DNA of 26,543 bases, taken from the IMG/VR virus record IMGVR_UViG_3300020416_001439, positions 1 to 26,543 of that record, one strand, 5' to 3'. Below, piece after piece: positions 17,276-26,543 of this stretch. Position 1 is the first letter of the stretch. The number at the start of each line of letters is the position of its first letter. The notes under the pieces are model-generated. The model worked only from the letters and a program-made list of their open reading frames with translations, ran no database searches and had not been told where the DNA came from. This DNA comes from a virus. Its lineage: Duplodnaviria; Caudoviricetes. Made by a program: the position numbers and the translations under genes.

Positions 17276-18907
17276 ATGCCAGCGATTGTTACTGACCAAT
17301 TTAGAATACTCAACGCTAGTAATTTTGTAGATTCAGTTACGAATAATAATTACTACGTTTTTATTGGTCTGCCAAACCCAACTCAAACAAAAGAGGGTGG
17401 TATAATAGGATATGGTAGATCTGAGACTTGGAACAAGTCATCAGAAACACCTAGACCACTTGATAGCTTTTCCAGCAATGCTCATGTTGGGGATATTATG
17501 ATGTTTGGTAAAAAAATACAGGCAAAAAATATAAGAAGAGTTGTTAAAAGAGTTGATTGGAAATCAGGTGAAAGATATGAAATTTATCGTGATGATTATA
17601 GTCGTGATAATCAGAGTCCAAATACTCAAGCGAATAAGTTATATAGATCCAGATATTATGTAATGAACTCTGAGTATAAAGTTTATATTTGTATTGATAA
17701 TGGTGGATATGGGTCTAATGATTCTCAAACTGCTAAAGGAAATGTATCTCAGGATGAACCAACATTTACTGATTTAGAACCATCTAAAGCAGGTAGTAGT
17801 GGTGATGGTTATTTGTGGAAGTATCTTTTCACAGTTTCCCCTAGTGATATTATTAAATTTGATTCTACTGAATATATTGCTGTTCCTAATGATTGGAATA
17901 GTAGTACAGATCCTCAAATAAGAGCAGTTAGAGAGAATGGAGATTCTTTATTGAATAATAACCAGATTAAGCATGTATATATTGAAAATGCTGGAAAATC
18001 TTACTCAAATTTAACAGACCAAGAAGTTAATATTGTTGGTGACGGAACTGGTGCTAAAGCAAGAGTTGATGTTAATTCTGACGGTAATATAACTGATATA
18101 ACTGTTACTTCTGGTGGTAAAGGATATAGTTATGGTTTAGTTGATCTAGGTGCTGTTAATACTAATTCAGGTGGATCAGCAGCTAAATTAGTTCCTATTA
18201 TTCCACCAAGTAGAGGTCATGGATATGATATCTACCAAGAATTGGGAACAGATAAAATCTTAATCTATGCTAGATTTGATGATAGTACAAAAGATTTTCC
18301 TGTAGATACTAAATTCTCTGTAGTTGGTATTGTTAAAAATCCAACTAAAATTGATCAAGTAACATCTTTTAATGATAATCAGTTTTCATCTTTGGATGCT
18401 ATGCTATTTAAAAATGAGCAAAGCAGTCAAGATCCAACCTTAAAGGTAACTGGAAATCCACAGGTTGGCGAAATAATTGAACAAACACAAACAGATCCTA
18501 ACACAGGTGCTAGTGTTAAAGCAAGAGCATATGTTGCTTCTTTTGATAATGATACTAAAGTATTAAAGTATTTTACTGATAGATCATTAAATTATAGTGG
18601 ACCTCAAGATCAAACAGATTATATTGGAATATCTACATTAGGTAGGCATTATCAGTTTACTTCAACTGATGGTGTTATTGAAGGTAAGACTTCTGGATTT
18701 AAGGGTTACATAAACAGTGGATATACTGGAATTACAACCAATCCTACTGGAAATAAGCAAGTTGATCTAGGAATGGCCTTCACAGAAGGGTTGGCAAAAT
18801 CCGAGATAAATAAAGGATCAGGGGAATTGGTTTATATTGACCATAGACCTTTGATTGCTCGAAATGAGCGACAAAAAGAAGACGTTAAAATCATCCTGGA
18901 ATTCTAA
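17276..18907 (+). CDS. gp8: Baseplate wedge subunit gp8
   Basis: Motifs MPAIVTDQFRILNA, RRVVKRVDWKSG..Y.IY, YYVMNSEYKVYICIDN, GDGYLWKYLF and C-terminal SGELVYIDHR.LI.R...QKEDVKIILEF. It follows gp7 and is preceded by TATAAATA. Confidence 0.92.
   Translation: MPAIVTDQFRILNASNFVDSVTNNNYYVFIGLPNPTQTKEGGIIGYGRSETWNKSSETPRPLDSFSSNAHVGDIMMFGKKIQAKNIRRVVKRVDWKSGERYEIYRDDYSRDNQSPNTQANKLYRSRYYVMNSEYKVYICIDNGGYGSNDSQTAKGNVSQDEPTFTDLEPSKAGSSGDGYLWKYLFTVSPSDIIKFDSTEYIAVPNDWNSSTDPQIRAVRENGDSLLNNNQIKHVYIENAGKSYSNLTDQEVNIVGDGTGAKARVDVNSDGNITDITVTSGGKGYSYGLVDLGAVNTNSGGSAAKLVPIIPPSRGHGYDIYQELGTDKILIYARFDDSTKDFPVDTKFSVVGIVKNPTKIDQVTSFNDNQFSSLDAMLFKNEQSSQDPTLKVTGNPQVGEIIEQTQTDPNTGASVKARAYVASFDNDTKVLKYFTDRSLNYSGPQDQTDYIGISTLGRHYQFTSTDGVIEGKTSGFKGYINSGYTGITTNPTGNKQVDLGMAFTEGLAKSEINKGSGELVYIDHRPLIARNERQKEDVKIILEF
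18806..18812 (+). promoter_or_regulatory. Putative late promoter core ATAAATA embedded in the 3' end of gp8, serving vrlC
   Basis: gATAAATA starts 108 nt before the vrlC ATG. Surrounding codons are atypical for this AT-rich gene (TCC GAG ATA AAT, GGG, CGA). Confidence 0.55.
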
Positions 18908-18913
18908 AGTAAA

Positions 18914-21900
18914 ATGCCACAAAAGACTAATTTAAATATAAGTCCTTATTACGATGATTTTGATAAGGCGAAGAACTATTATAAGGTCTTGTTTAAACCT
19001 GGATATCCAGTTCAAGCAAGAGAATTATCAGGACTCCAATCAATACTACAGAACCAAGTAGAACAATTTGGTAATCATATATTTAAAGAAGGATCTATGG
19101 TTATACCTGGATCCGTTACTTATGACAGTACATATTTTTCATGTAAAGTAAACCCAGATCATTTGGGGATAGATATTAGCATTTATCTTGATGCTTTAAT
19201 AGCGAATGGTGGAACAAAAATAAAGGGACAAACATCTCAAATTGATGCGAAGATTGTAAACTATATTTTACCACCAAAAGAAGGTGTTGATGAAATTACA
19301 ATATTTGTCAAATATACAAGTTCAGACACTTCTGGAGAGAGTACACATTTTCCAAGTGGTGAGATAATTATACTGGAAGAAAATATTACTTACGGTAATA
19401 CAACATTAAATTCTGGAGATACTGTATTAACATTAGTTGCTGATAATCCAACAGCAACTGGTTCTGCTGTAGGTGTTGATAAAGGTGTATATTTCTTAAG
19501 AGGAACTTTTGTAGACGTACCAAAAGAAACAATTGTTTTAGAACCATATTCAAATAAACCATCGTATAGAGTTGGATTTGAGATAGTTGAAGAGATTATA
19601 ACGTCAAATGACGATGCTAGTCTAAATGATAATGCTAAAGGGTTTACGAATTACGCTGCTCCTGGTGCTGATAGATTTAGAATCAGTACAAAATTAGCTA
19701 AGAAAGCACTTGACGATTTTGATGATATTAATTTTGTAGAGTTAGTTAGAGTTATAAAGGGTGAAGTTAAAAAGATACAAAATCAATCTCAATATTCTGA
19801 GATAAGAAAGTATCTTGCCAAGAGAACTTATGATGAATCTGGTAACTATGCTATAGATCCATTCAATGTAACAGTTCAGAATTCACTTAACGATGAAATG
19901 GGTTCTAATGGACTATATGTAGAAAGTGAAAAGACTGATCAAGGTGCTACACCAACGGATGATTTAATGTGTGTTAAATTATCTCCAGGTAAAGCATATG
20001 TTAGAGGATTTGATGTTCCTTTACCAGGTACTACAGTTCTTGATGTTGAAAAACCTAGAGATACTAAATCGATAAAATCAGCGAGCATCCCCTTTAAAAT
20101 GGGTAGTCTTATAAAAGTTGATAATGTTAGCGGTTCTCCTTTTATTAATGTTGGAACCAAAATATCTAATAATCAAGCAGTAGTTGGTGTTGGTAATACA
20201 GTTGCTCTTTATGCTAGAAGAAAGGGAACTAATGGTAGAGATACTAATCCACAACTTGATGTTGGATCAGCAGTAGTTGGGCAAGCTAGAGTATATTCAT
20301 TTAATGCTGCTGATAGAGCAGTTGGTGTTGGTAACACTGTATGGGATCTTTTCTTATATGATGTACAAACTTATACAACTCTTCAAATAGATCCAGGTCA
20401 GGGTGGATTAACATACCAAAAAGATATTTTAGCACCATCAGGGTCTAGAGTAAGAGGTCAAAGTAGTGGTGCTATTGGATATGTAGAGGATCATCCAAAT
20501 ACCAATGAAATAAACGTTATACAAACGACAGGAACTTTTGTACAAGGTGAAAAAGTAATATTTAATGAAAGTGTAAGTAATGTTGGGGTTAATACTTCAA
20601 CAGCAACTGTAGAGAAAGTCACGACATATACTACAGATGATATAAAATCAATTTTCCAACCAAAGGATATTGGTGGAATGGGAGGAGATTTTAGTGCTGA
20701 TGCGGTTCTCTACCCAAGAACTTTACCAAATTTCTCAAAAAGTGATTTACTTACCGTTGAGGATGATAAGGCAAAATGCTTAAATAGAAAATTTGCTGGT
20801 GCTGTTGGTATAAAATCCGATGCTATTATTCAATATACTGTAGCAGGTACTGTTGATGGCAATTCTACCCCTGTACCAGTATGGAATAGAGTAGAAACAG
20901 TAGATACTAATGAACTAACACTTGAAACTATAGAAACTGTTAGTGATACTTGTAATGGTACAAAATTAAGTGGTGGAGCAAAAGCTGAATCGACATTTTC
21001 TATAATGTCTCCCAGGATTATAAATTTAAATCGTTCTGGTTTATACAGTAAATTACCAAAGAAAAATGTTGCTACTGCGGATCTTTCTGGATCAACCTTA
21101 GTTATTAGTAGACAACTTAAAAATAGAACAATATCTGCCACTGGAATAACAATTAACGCAAGTGAAGCTTTTGAAGATTCAGGAGAAGCTGGTGCTTTGG
21201 GTATCACTACAGCATTTTTTGAGCCATTTGACATTGAAAGATATTCTATTCACTATTCTGATGGCCGTATAGAGAATTTACGTGAAAATCAAGTTACTAT
21301 TACTACTGGTGGATCAGTTATTAATTTTAAAGGACTAGAGAAAAATTCAGGAAGTGCTGATGTAAATGTTACTTTAAGAAAATTAGGTCTTTCTAGTAGA
21401 ACAAAAAATTATATTAGAAGTGAAAAAGTTGAAGTAGTAAAATCAAGTAATGTTTCTACTGAAGCAAATGGTCTATCTCAAAGTAAATCTTATGGATTAA
21501 GAATAGAAGACAAAGAAATATCATTAAATGTTCCAGATGCTGTTAAGGTATTGGCAGTATATGAATCTACAAATACAGCAACACCTGTTTTAGATTCGAT
21601 GCAATTTGTCTCTGGTTTAGGTCTGGATGTTAACACTATTGTTGGTGAACATATTATTGGTTCTCAAAGTAGAGCAATTGGGCAAGTTGTTAATAGAAAG
21701 GATGCTACAACAACTGAGTTTGTTTATGTTAACGGAAATAAGTTTGTAAAGGGTGAAACAGTAACATTTAAAGATTCAAATATAAGTTCTGTAGCACAGA
21801 AAGTAACAGAAGGTAGTTATGTTGATAGAACAGATAATTATACTCTTGATAAAGGTCATAGAAAGCAATTCTCAGATTATTCTAGAATTGTAAGAAGAGG

Positions 21901-24900
21901 TAATTCACCTAAACCTTCTAAGAGACTATTAATTGTTTTTGATTACTATGAGGTTGCTCCTAATACAAGTGGAGATTTCTTTACAGTAAACTCATACACT
22001 AAGGAGAGATATACTAATGATATTCCATCTATTGCTGGAAATAGAGGATCTGATGTTCTTGATTTTAGACCAAGAGTTAGAAAGTTTGTAGAATCCGAGC
22101 TTCCATTTTCAACTGCTGCAAAATCACCTTTTGCCTATAGTCATAGAATATTTGAAGAAACAACCAGATATGTAGTTACTCCAGATGAGAATACTATTGT
22201 TGGTTATAGTTACTATCTACCTAGAATTGATAAGTTAGTCATTAATAAAAATGAGCAAGTGAAACTTATAAAAGGTGTTTCTGCTGATAAACCAGCACCA
22301 CCTACTGAGGTTGGTGATTCTATGGAGATTGCTCAAATAACATTACCACCTTATTTGTATGATCCTGTTAAAGGACCAGCAATAAGAATGTATGATAATA
22401 GAAGATTTACTATGAGAGATATTGGAAAACTTGAAAAGAGAATTTCCAATCTTGAAGTAATGACTTCTTTAACTGCTCTTGAATTAGATACAAAATCACT
22501 TCAAGTAACTGATGCTGATGGAACAAATAGATTTAAATCTGGTTTTGTTGTTAATGATTTCAAAAATAGAGATTTTATCAATTTTAATGGTGAAGATGGT
22601 TCTAGATGTGATGTTGATGTAGTTAACAAGGAATTAATTAGTGCTGTCGATTCTTGGTCGATGAAAGCAGAGATAGGAGCTAACCCTGCTATTGATATGC
22701 AAACTGCTGATTTATCATCTAATTTAAGTTTATTAGATCCAAATTGTCAGAAGACTGGTGATGTAATAACTCTTAAATATGATGAAATAGATTGGATTAA
22801 TCAACCACAGGCATCTGGTTTTGAAAATATTAACCCATTTAACGTTATTGTATATGTTGGTGCTATTTCATTAGATCCACCATCAGATAACTGGACTAGA
22901 ACAATCTATATTGATAATTTTAGACAAGAATCAACAGGAAATAGTTGGAATACTATAGCAAATGTGGTTTCAGATACAACTACGGTTGATACTGATGTAA
23001 CTGTAACTTCCGAAGAAATTGAAGCAGATCAAGATCAATTTGATGGAAATCACACTGATACTACAACTACAACTACTACGACTACAACACAAACAGTAGA
23101 AACTAGTTTCACCAATCAAATGACTGGTGATAATCAAGAGTTTGATTATATTGAAAGTGTTAAAATAAGTGGTGCAACAGATCCATTTATGAGATCTAGG
23201 AATGTATATTTTGCCGCTAATGGGTTAAAACCAGATACAAAGCATATTCATAAATTGGATAGTGGTGTACCTGATATCTTCCCTAAACTAGTTGAAATTA
23301 CAACAACATCAGGAACTTCTGGTTTTGCTGTAGGTGAAAATGTTAAAGTTATGAACGGAAGCGTTCAGATAGGATATGTTAAAGCACAAGCACCAAACCA
23401 TAAATTTGGTGACACAAATAGACCAGAATTTGCTGCTGGATTAGGTCATCCTGCTATTACTGTAGAGAAATATTCAGTTGATCCATTTGATTTATCAAGA
23501 CCTGCTCCTGCTACTACATATTCTTCAACTTCTGTATTGTTTAATTGTGATGTTAGTACTTTAGCAAATAGTGATAATTATTGGGGATATGTTATTAAAG
23601 GGGCAACTCTTATTGGAGAAACAACAGGAACTGAAGCAACAGTAACAAATACAGATTTAATGTCTGATAATTGGGGAGATGTTTTAGGAGCATTCTTCTT
23701 TAGAAATGCTAATCAGACACCTAAACCAGCAGTATTATTTTATACTGGGACAAAGACATTTAGAATAACTGCTAATACAACTGGATCATATGTTCCTCCA
23801 GGTGCTGGTGCTCTTTCTAGTGATGCCACAGGAACCTATTCAGGAACTGGTACTATTTTGACTCAAACTACAGGTACTGTTGGTCTTAGGAACCCATCCC
23901 CACCAGCACAGAAACCTAATGAGATTACATCTACAGTAAATGTAAATTCAGATTCTTCTACCGTAAGAGTAGAAGCACCTTATAGGGATCCTCTAGCACA
24001 ATCATTTACGGTTGATGAAACTGGAGCATTCTTAACTTCATTTGATGTATTCTTTAAAACTAAAGATGATAATGCTAAAGTATTTGTTGAATTAAGAACT
24101 GTAGAACTAGGAACACCTACAAGTTTCCTTGTTCAGGATTATGCTCAAACTACATTACACCCCGATAATATTCAAGTTTCAGAGGATGCTTCTTTAGCAA
24201 CTACAATTAAATTCCCATCACCCGTATTCTTGGAATCTGGTAGAGAATATGCTTTAGTATTCTTATCACCAGGATCTGATGGATTTGAAATGTGGGTTGC
24301 CACTATGGGAGAAAAGAATGTTACTCTTCCTGTTGGATTACCAGCAACTAGTGATCAATCACAATTGGGAGTTGTGACCAAGCAATATATTGGTGGTAGT
24401 TTATTTAAATCTCAAAATGGTACGATTTGGACACCAAGTCAGTATCAAGACCTTAAATTTAAACTTAAAAAGGCATCATTTGTTTCTTCTGGAACTGCCA
24501 CTTTCTATAATACTTCTATTGAACCTGGTAATGCTAATACACATCCATTACCATCTAACCCAGTTAGAACATTACCAAGAAAACTTAAGTGCTCTATTAC
24601 TAATGTTACTGAAACGGAAGCTGAACTTATTCCAGTTGGAAGAAAAATTAGTACTGGTTTAATTACAGATAAAGAAGACAATTCAATTACTGGTATAATT
24701 GAAGATAGAGGTGGTCCAATAGTAAGTGGTAAATTAAAACTTATTAATGGAGGTGCTGGATATTCAGCAGGTACTCTTGCTCAACAAACTGGTGATCAGA
24801 ATGTTTCTGCTGCTAAATTTATTTCATCTAATGGTAGTGGATCAGGAGTAACTGCAAACATTACAATTGATAATGTTAAAGGAATTGTAAAATCAATTAA

Positions 24901-26512
24901 TAGTATATCTGGATCTGCAACTGGATATGTTGTCAATGAAGTATTAACTCTTGATGTTGATGAATCGTCAGGATTGAATAGAGGTGCTGGTGCTCAGTTT
25001 GTAGTAACTGATATTACAGCAAATATTGATACTTTATTCTTAACTGATGTTCAAGGTGAGAAATTTGTTACTAATGATAATATTATTCATTATGGAGCAG
25101 CAAATGACACAAGAACACTTTTAGGTAATAATGCTAAACATTCAGCAGATTCTGTTGTTAGTAGCGATCTTAATAGTGGAAATATTCTTGAAGTGATACA
25201 ATATAATCATGGACATCATGGTTCTAATAATAAGATTAGAGTTACTGGAGTTGAACCAGATACACCTAAGTCAGTAATTACAGAAGATTTGTCATCAGGT
25301 GCTACACAAGTTTCTGTTGCTAGTACTATGCCAGAGTTTTCAATTTTTGCTGGAATTACAACTGATAGAGGACAGGCAATAATTAACGGAGAAATTGTTG
25401 ATTATATCACTTCACCAGGTGATATATTAAATTTATCATCTAGAGGTGTTGGTGATTCGGTTGCTTTAAGTCATTTTGAAGGAGATAGTATTCAAACTTA
25501 TCAAGTTGGTGGTATGCCATTAGTTAAGATTAATACTGATCATGATATCGCATCAAATCAAACATTACAAAATCTTGCTAATATTGATAATTATTATCTA
25601 GAAATAGATAGAGGTACTGGTGATAGAGTATCAGGAAAGAATCAACTTAGTTTTACAAGTGAAGGATCTGTTGGTGGATCACATGTTGGAATATCACAAA
25701 ACCATCAGTTTAGTTCTCTTTCTGCTAAGTTTAATGTTATTACACCTGGTATGTCTCGTGCTAGTGCTCAATTTAGAACGGTTAGTGGAACAAGTGCTAA
25801 TGGTAATGAAGTATCATTCATTGATCAAGGATTTGAACCAACTATTCTTAATGAAACTACATTCTTCCCAACGCCAAGACTTGCTGCTTCTAAGATTAAT
25901 GAATCGGAAAGATTGGATACTTTACCTAAGAATAAATCTATTACATTAGCAGTTGATATGACATCTAGTGATCCTAACCTATCACCAGCGTTAGATGTTC
26001 AAAATGCAACATTCATTCTTGGTAGAAATAAGATTAATAATCCAATAGGTGAAGATAATTATGCAACAGATGATAGAACTAATGCTATAAGTGGTGATCC
26101 ACATGGATCTATCTTTATATCTAAGAGAGTTAATCTAAAACAACCATCAACATCATTAAAAGTGTTTGTTGCTGGTAATATTCAACCAGAAGCCGATATT
26201 AGAGTTTACTATAGACTGTTTACTGCTGATTCAAGTGAAGTATCTTCAACATATAGAGCATTCCCAGGATATAAGAATCTAATTGACACTGATGGTGATG
26301 GATTTGGTGATAGTGTTATTGATGATGCAAATAATGATGGTAGAGCAGATGCTTTAGTTAAGAAAAATGGTAAGGATGATTTCTCAGAATATCAGTTTAC
26401 TGTTAACGATCTAGAACAATTTAGTGGATTTACAATTAAGATTGTAATGACATCTACCAATGAATGTGTTCCTGTTAGACTTAAAGACTTTAGAGCAATT
26501 GCCCTAGCGTAA
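18914..26512 (+). CDS. vrlC: VrlC-like / DUF4815-domain large baseplate or tail structural protein (2532 aa)
   Basis: N-terminus NLNISPYYDDFD..KNYYKVLFKPGYPVQARELSGLQSILQNQ, plus NYAAPGADR, LAKRTYDESGNY, YYLPRIDK, RFTMRDIGKLEKRI and DPLAQSF.V...GAFLTSFDVFF. The position after gp8 is where cyanomyoviruses carry this gene. Confidence 0.85.
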   Translation: MPQKTNLNISPYYDDFDKAKNYYKVLFKPGYPVQARELSGLQSILQNQVEQFGNHIFKEGSMVIPGSVTYDSTYFSCKVNPDHLGIDISIYLDALIANGGTKIKGQTSQIDAKIVNYILPPKEGVDEITIFVKYTSSDTSGESTHFPSGEIIILEENITYGNTTLNSGDTVLTLVADNPTATGSAVGVDKGVYFLRGTFVDVPKETIVLEPYSNKPSYRVGFEIVEEIITSNDDASLNDNAKGFTNYAAPGADRFRISTKLAKKALDDFDDINFVELVRVIKGEVKKIQNQSQYSEIRKYLAKRTYDESGNYAIDPFNVTVQNSLNDEMGSNGLYVESEKTDQGATPTDDLMCVKLSPGKAYVRGFDVPLPGTTVLDVEKPRDTKSIKSASIPFKMGSLIKVDNVSGSPFINVGTKISNNQAVVGVGNTVALYARRKGTNGRDTNPQLDVGSAVVGQARVYSFNAADRAVGVGNTVWDLFLYDVQTYTTLQIDPGQGGLTYQKDILAPSGSRVRGQSSGAIGYVEDHPNTNEINVIQTTGTFVQGEKVIFNESVSNVGVNTSTATVEKVTTYTTDDIKSIFQPKDIGGMGGDFSADAVLYPRTLPNFSKSDLLTVEDDKAKCLNRKFAGAVGIKSDAIIQYTVAGTVDGNSTPVPVWNRVETVDTNELTLETIETVSDTCNGTKLSGGAKAESTFSIMSPRIINLNRSGLYSKLPKKNVATADLSGSTLVISRQLKNRTISATGITINASEAFEDSGEAGALGITTAFFEPFDIERYSIHYSDGRIENLRENQVTITTGGSVINFKGLEKNSGSADVNVTLRKLGLSSRTKNYIRSEKVEVVKSSNVSTEANGLSQSKSYGLRIEDKEISLNVPDAVKVLAVYESTNTATPVLDSMQFVSGLGLDVNTIVGEHIIGSQSRAIGQVVNRKDATTTEFVYVNGNKFVKGETVTFKDSNISSVAQKVTEGSYVDRTDNYTLDKGHRKQFSDYSRIVRRGNSPKPSKRLLIVFDYYEVAPNTSGDFFTVNSYTKERYTNDIPSIAGNRGSDVLDFRPRVRKFVESELPFSTAAKSPFAYSHRIFEETTRYVVTPDENTIVGYSYYLPRIDKLVINKNEQVKLIKGVSADKPAPPTEVGDSMEIAQITLPPYLYDPVKGPAIRMYDNRRFTMRDIGKLEKRISNLEVMTSLTALELDTKSLQVTDADGTNRFKSGFVVNDFKNRDFINFNGEDGSRCDVDVVNKELISAVDSWSMKAEIGANPAIDMQTADLSSNLSLLDPNCQKTGDVITLKYDEIDWINQPQASGFENINPFNVIVYVGAISLDPPSDNWTRTIYIDNFRQESTGNSWNTIANVVSDTTTVDTDVTVTSEEIEADQDQFDGNHTDTTTTTTTTTTQTVETSFTNQMTGDNQEFDYIESVKISGATDPFMRSRNVYFAANGLKPDTKHIHKLDSGVPDIFPKLVEITTTSGTSGFAVGENVKVMNGSVQIGYVKAQAPNHKFGDTNRPEFAAGLGHPAITVEKYSVDPFDLSRPAPATTYSSTSVLFNCDVSTLANSDNYWGYVIKGATLIGETTGTEATVTNTDLMSDNWGDVLGAFFFRNANQTPKPAVLFYTGTKTFRITANTTGSYVPPGAGALSSDATGTYSGTGTILTQTTGTVGLRNPSPPAQKPNEITSTVNVNSDSSTVRVEAPYRDPLAQSFTVDETGAFLTSFDVFFKTKDDNAKVFVELRTVELGTPTSFLVQDYAQTTLHPDNIQVSEDASLATTIKFPSPVFLESGREYALVFLSPGSDGFEMWVATMGEKNVTLPVGLPATSDQSQLGVVTKQYIGGSLFKSQNGTIWTPSQYQDLKFKLKKASFVSSGTATFYNTSIEPGNANTHPLPSNPVRTLPRKLKCSITNVTETEAELIPVGRKISTGLITDKEDNSITGIIEDRGGPIVSGKLKLINGGAGYSAGTLAQQTGDQNVSAAKFISSNGSGSGVTANITIDNVKGIVKSINSISGSATGYVVNEVLTLDVDESSGLNRGAGAQFVVTDITANIDTLFLTDVQGEKFVTNDNIIHYGAANDTRTLLGNNAKHSADSVVSSDLNSGNILEVIQYNHGHHGSNNKIRVTGVEPDTPKSVITEDLSSGATQVSVASTMPEFSIFAGITTDRGQAIINGEIVDYITSPGDILNLSSRGVGDSVALSHFEGDSIQTYQVGGMPLVKINTDHDIASNQTLQNLANIDNYYLEIDRGTGDRVSGKNQLSFTSEGSVGGSHVGISQNHQFSSLSAKFNVITPGMSRASAQFRTVSGTSANGNEVSFIDQGFEPTILNETTFFPTPRLAASKINESERLDTLPKNKSITLAVDMTSSDPNLSPALDVQNATFILGRNKINNPIGEDNYATDDRTNAISGDPHGSIFISKRVNLKQPSTSLKVFVAGNIQPEADIRVYYRLFTADSSEVSSTYRAFPGYKNLIDTDGDGFGDSVIDDANNDGRADALVKKNGKDDFSEYQFTVNDLEQFSGFTIKIVMTSTNECVPVRLKDFRAIALA
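23060..23089 (+). repeat. Poly-threonine run (T10) in the VrlC-like protein
   Basis: act aca act aca act act acg act aca aca, within a Thr/acidic low-complexity segment. Confidence 0.9.
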
Positions 26513-26543
26513 TGAAAACTTTTAAACAATTTTTAGAAGAAGC
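26512..26543 (+). CDS. Start of next gene (3'-truncated), MKTFKQFLEE(A); candidate capsid-targeted internal protein
   Basis: ATG overlaps the vrlC stop codon (TAATG, 26510-26514) and the frame is open to the window end. The N-terminus resembles the T4 internal-protein capsid-targeting sequence MKTYQEFIAE. Confidence 0.65.
   Translation, partial: MKTFKQFLEE

Noticed and set aside
19939-21234. Minus-strand ORFs 19939-20160 and 20830-21234
   Set aside because: Antisense shadows of the vrlC frame.
24390-25949. Alternative-frame + ORFs 24390-24662 and 25620-25949
   Set aside because: Leu-rich off-frame artefacts inside vrlC.
18914-26512. Bacterial virulence island suggested by the VrlC name
   Set aside because: The context is a T4-like baseplate operon with late promoters, and the name is a historical annotation.

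Overview
AT-rich, fully + strand, gap-free structural operon from a T4-like myovirus, most similar in style to marine cyanophages (Kyanoviridae). It is the baseplate module: the 3' part of gp6 (baseplate wedge, starts before the window), a giant 5176-aa gp7-like wedge initiator, gp8 (wedge, 543 aa), a 2532-aa VrlC/DUF4815-like structural protein, and the first 10 codons of a further gene (MKTFKQFLEE...) resembling the T4 capsid-targeting sequence. A canonical T4 late promoter (TATAAATA) precedes gp8, and ATAAATA cores sit inside the ends of gp6 and gp8 about 110 nt before the next gene. The most unusual feature is a ~990-aa array in gp7 (12281-15241) of nine related ~100-aa modules that are nested inside one another up to three levels deep rather than arranged in tandem. 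No RNA genes, CRISPR arrays, mobile elements or inteins were recognised. Family assignments come from motif recognition and synteny, not database searches.
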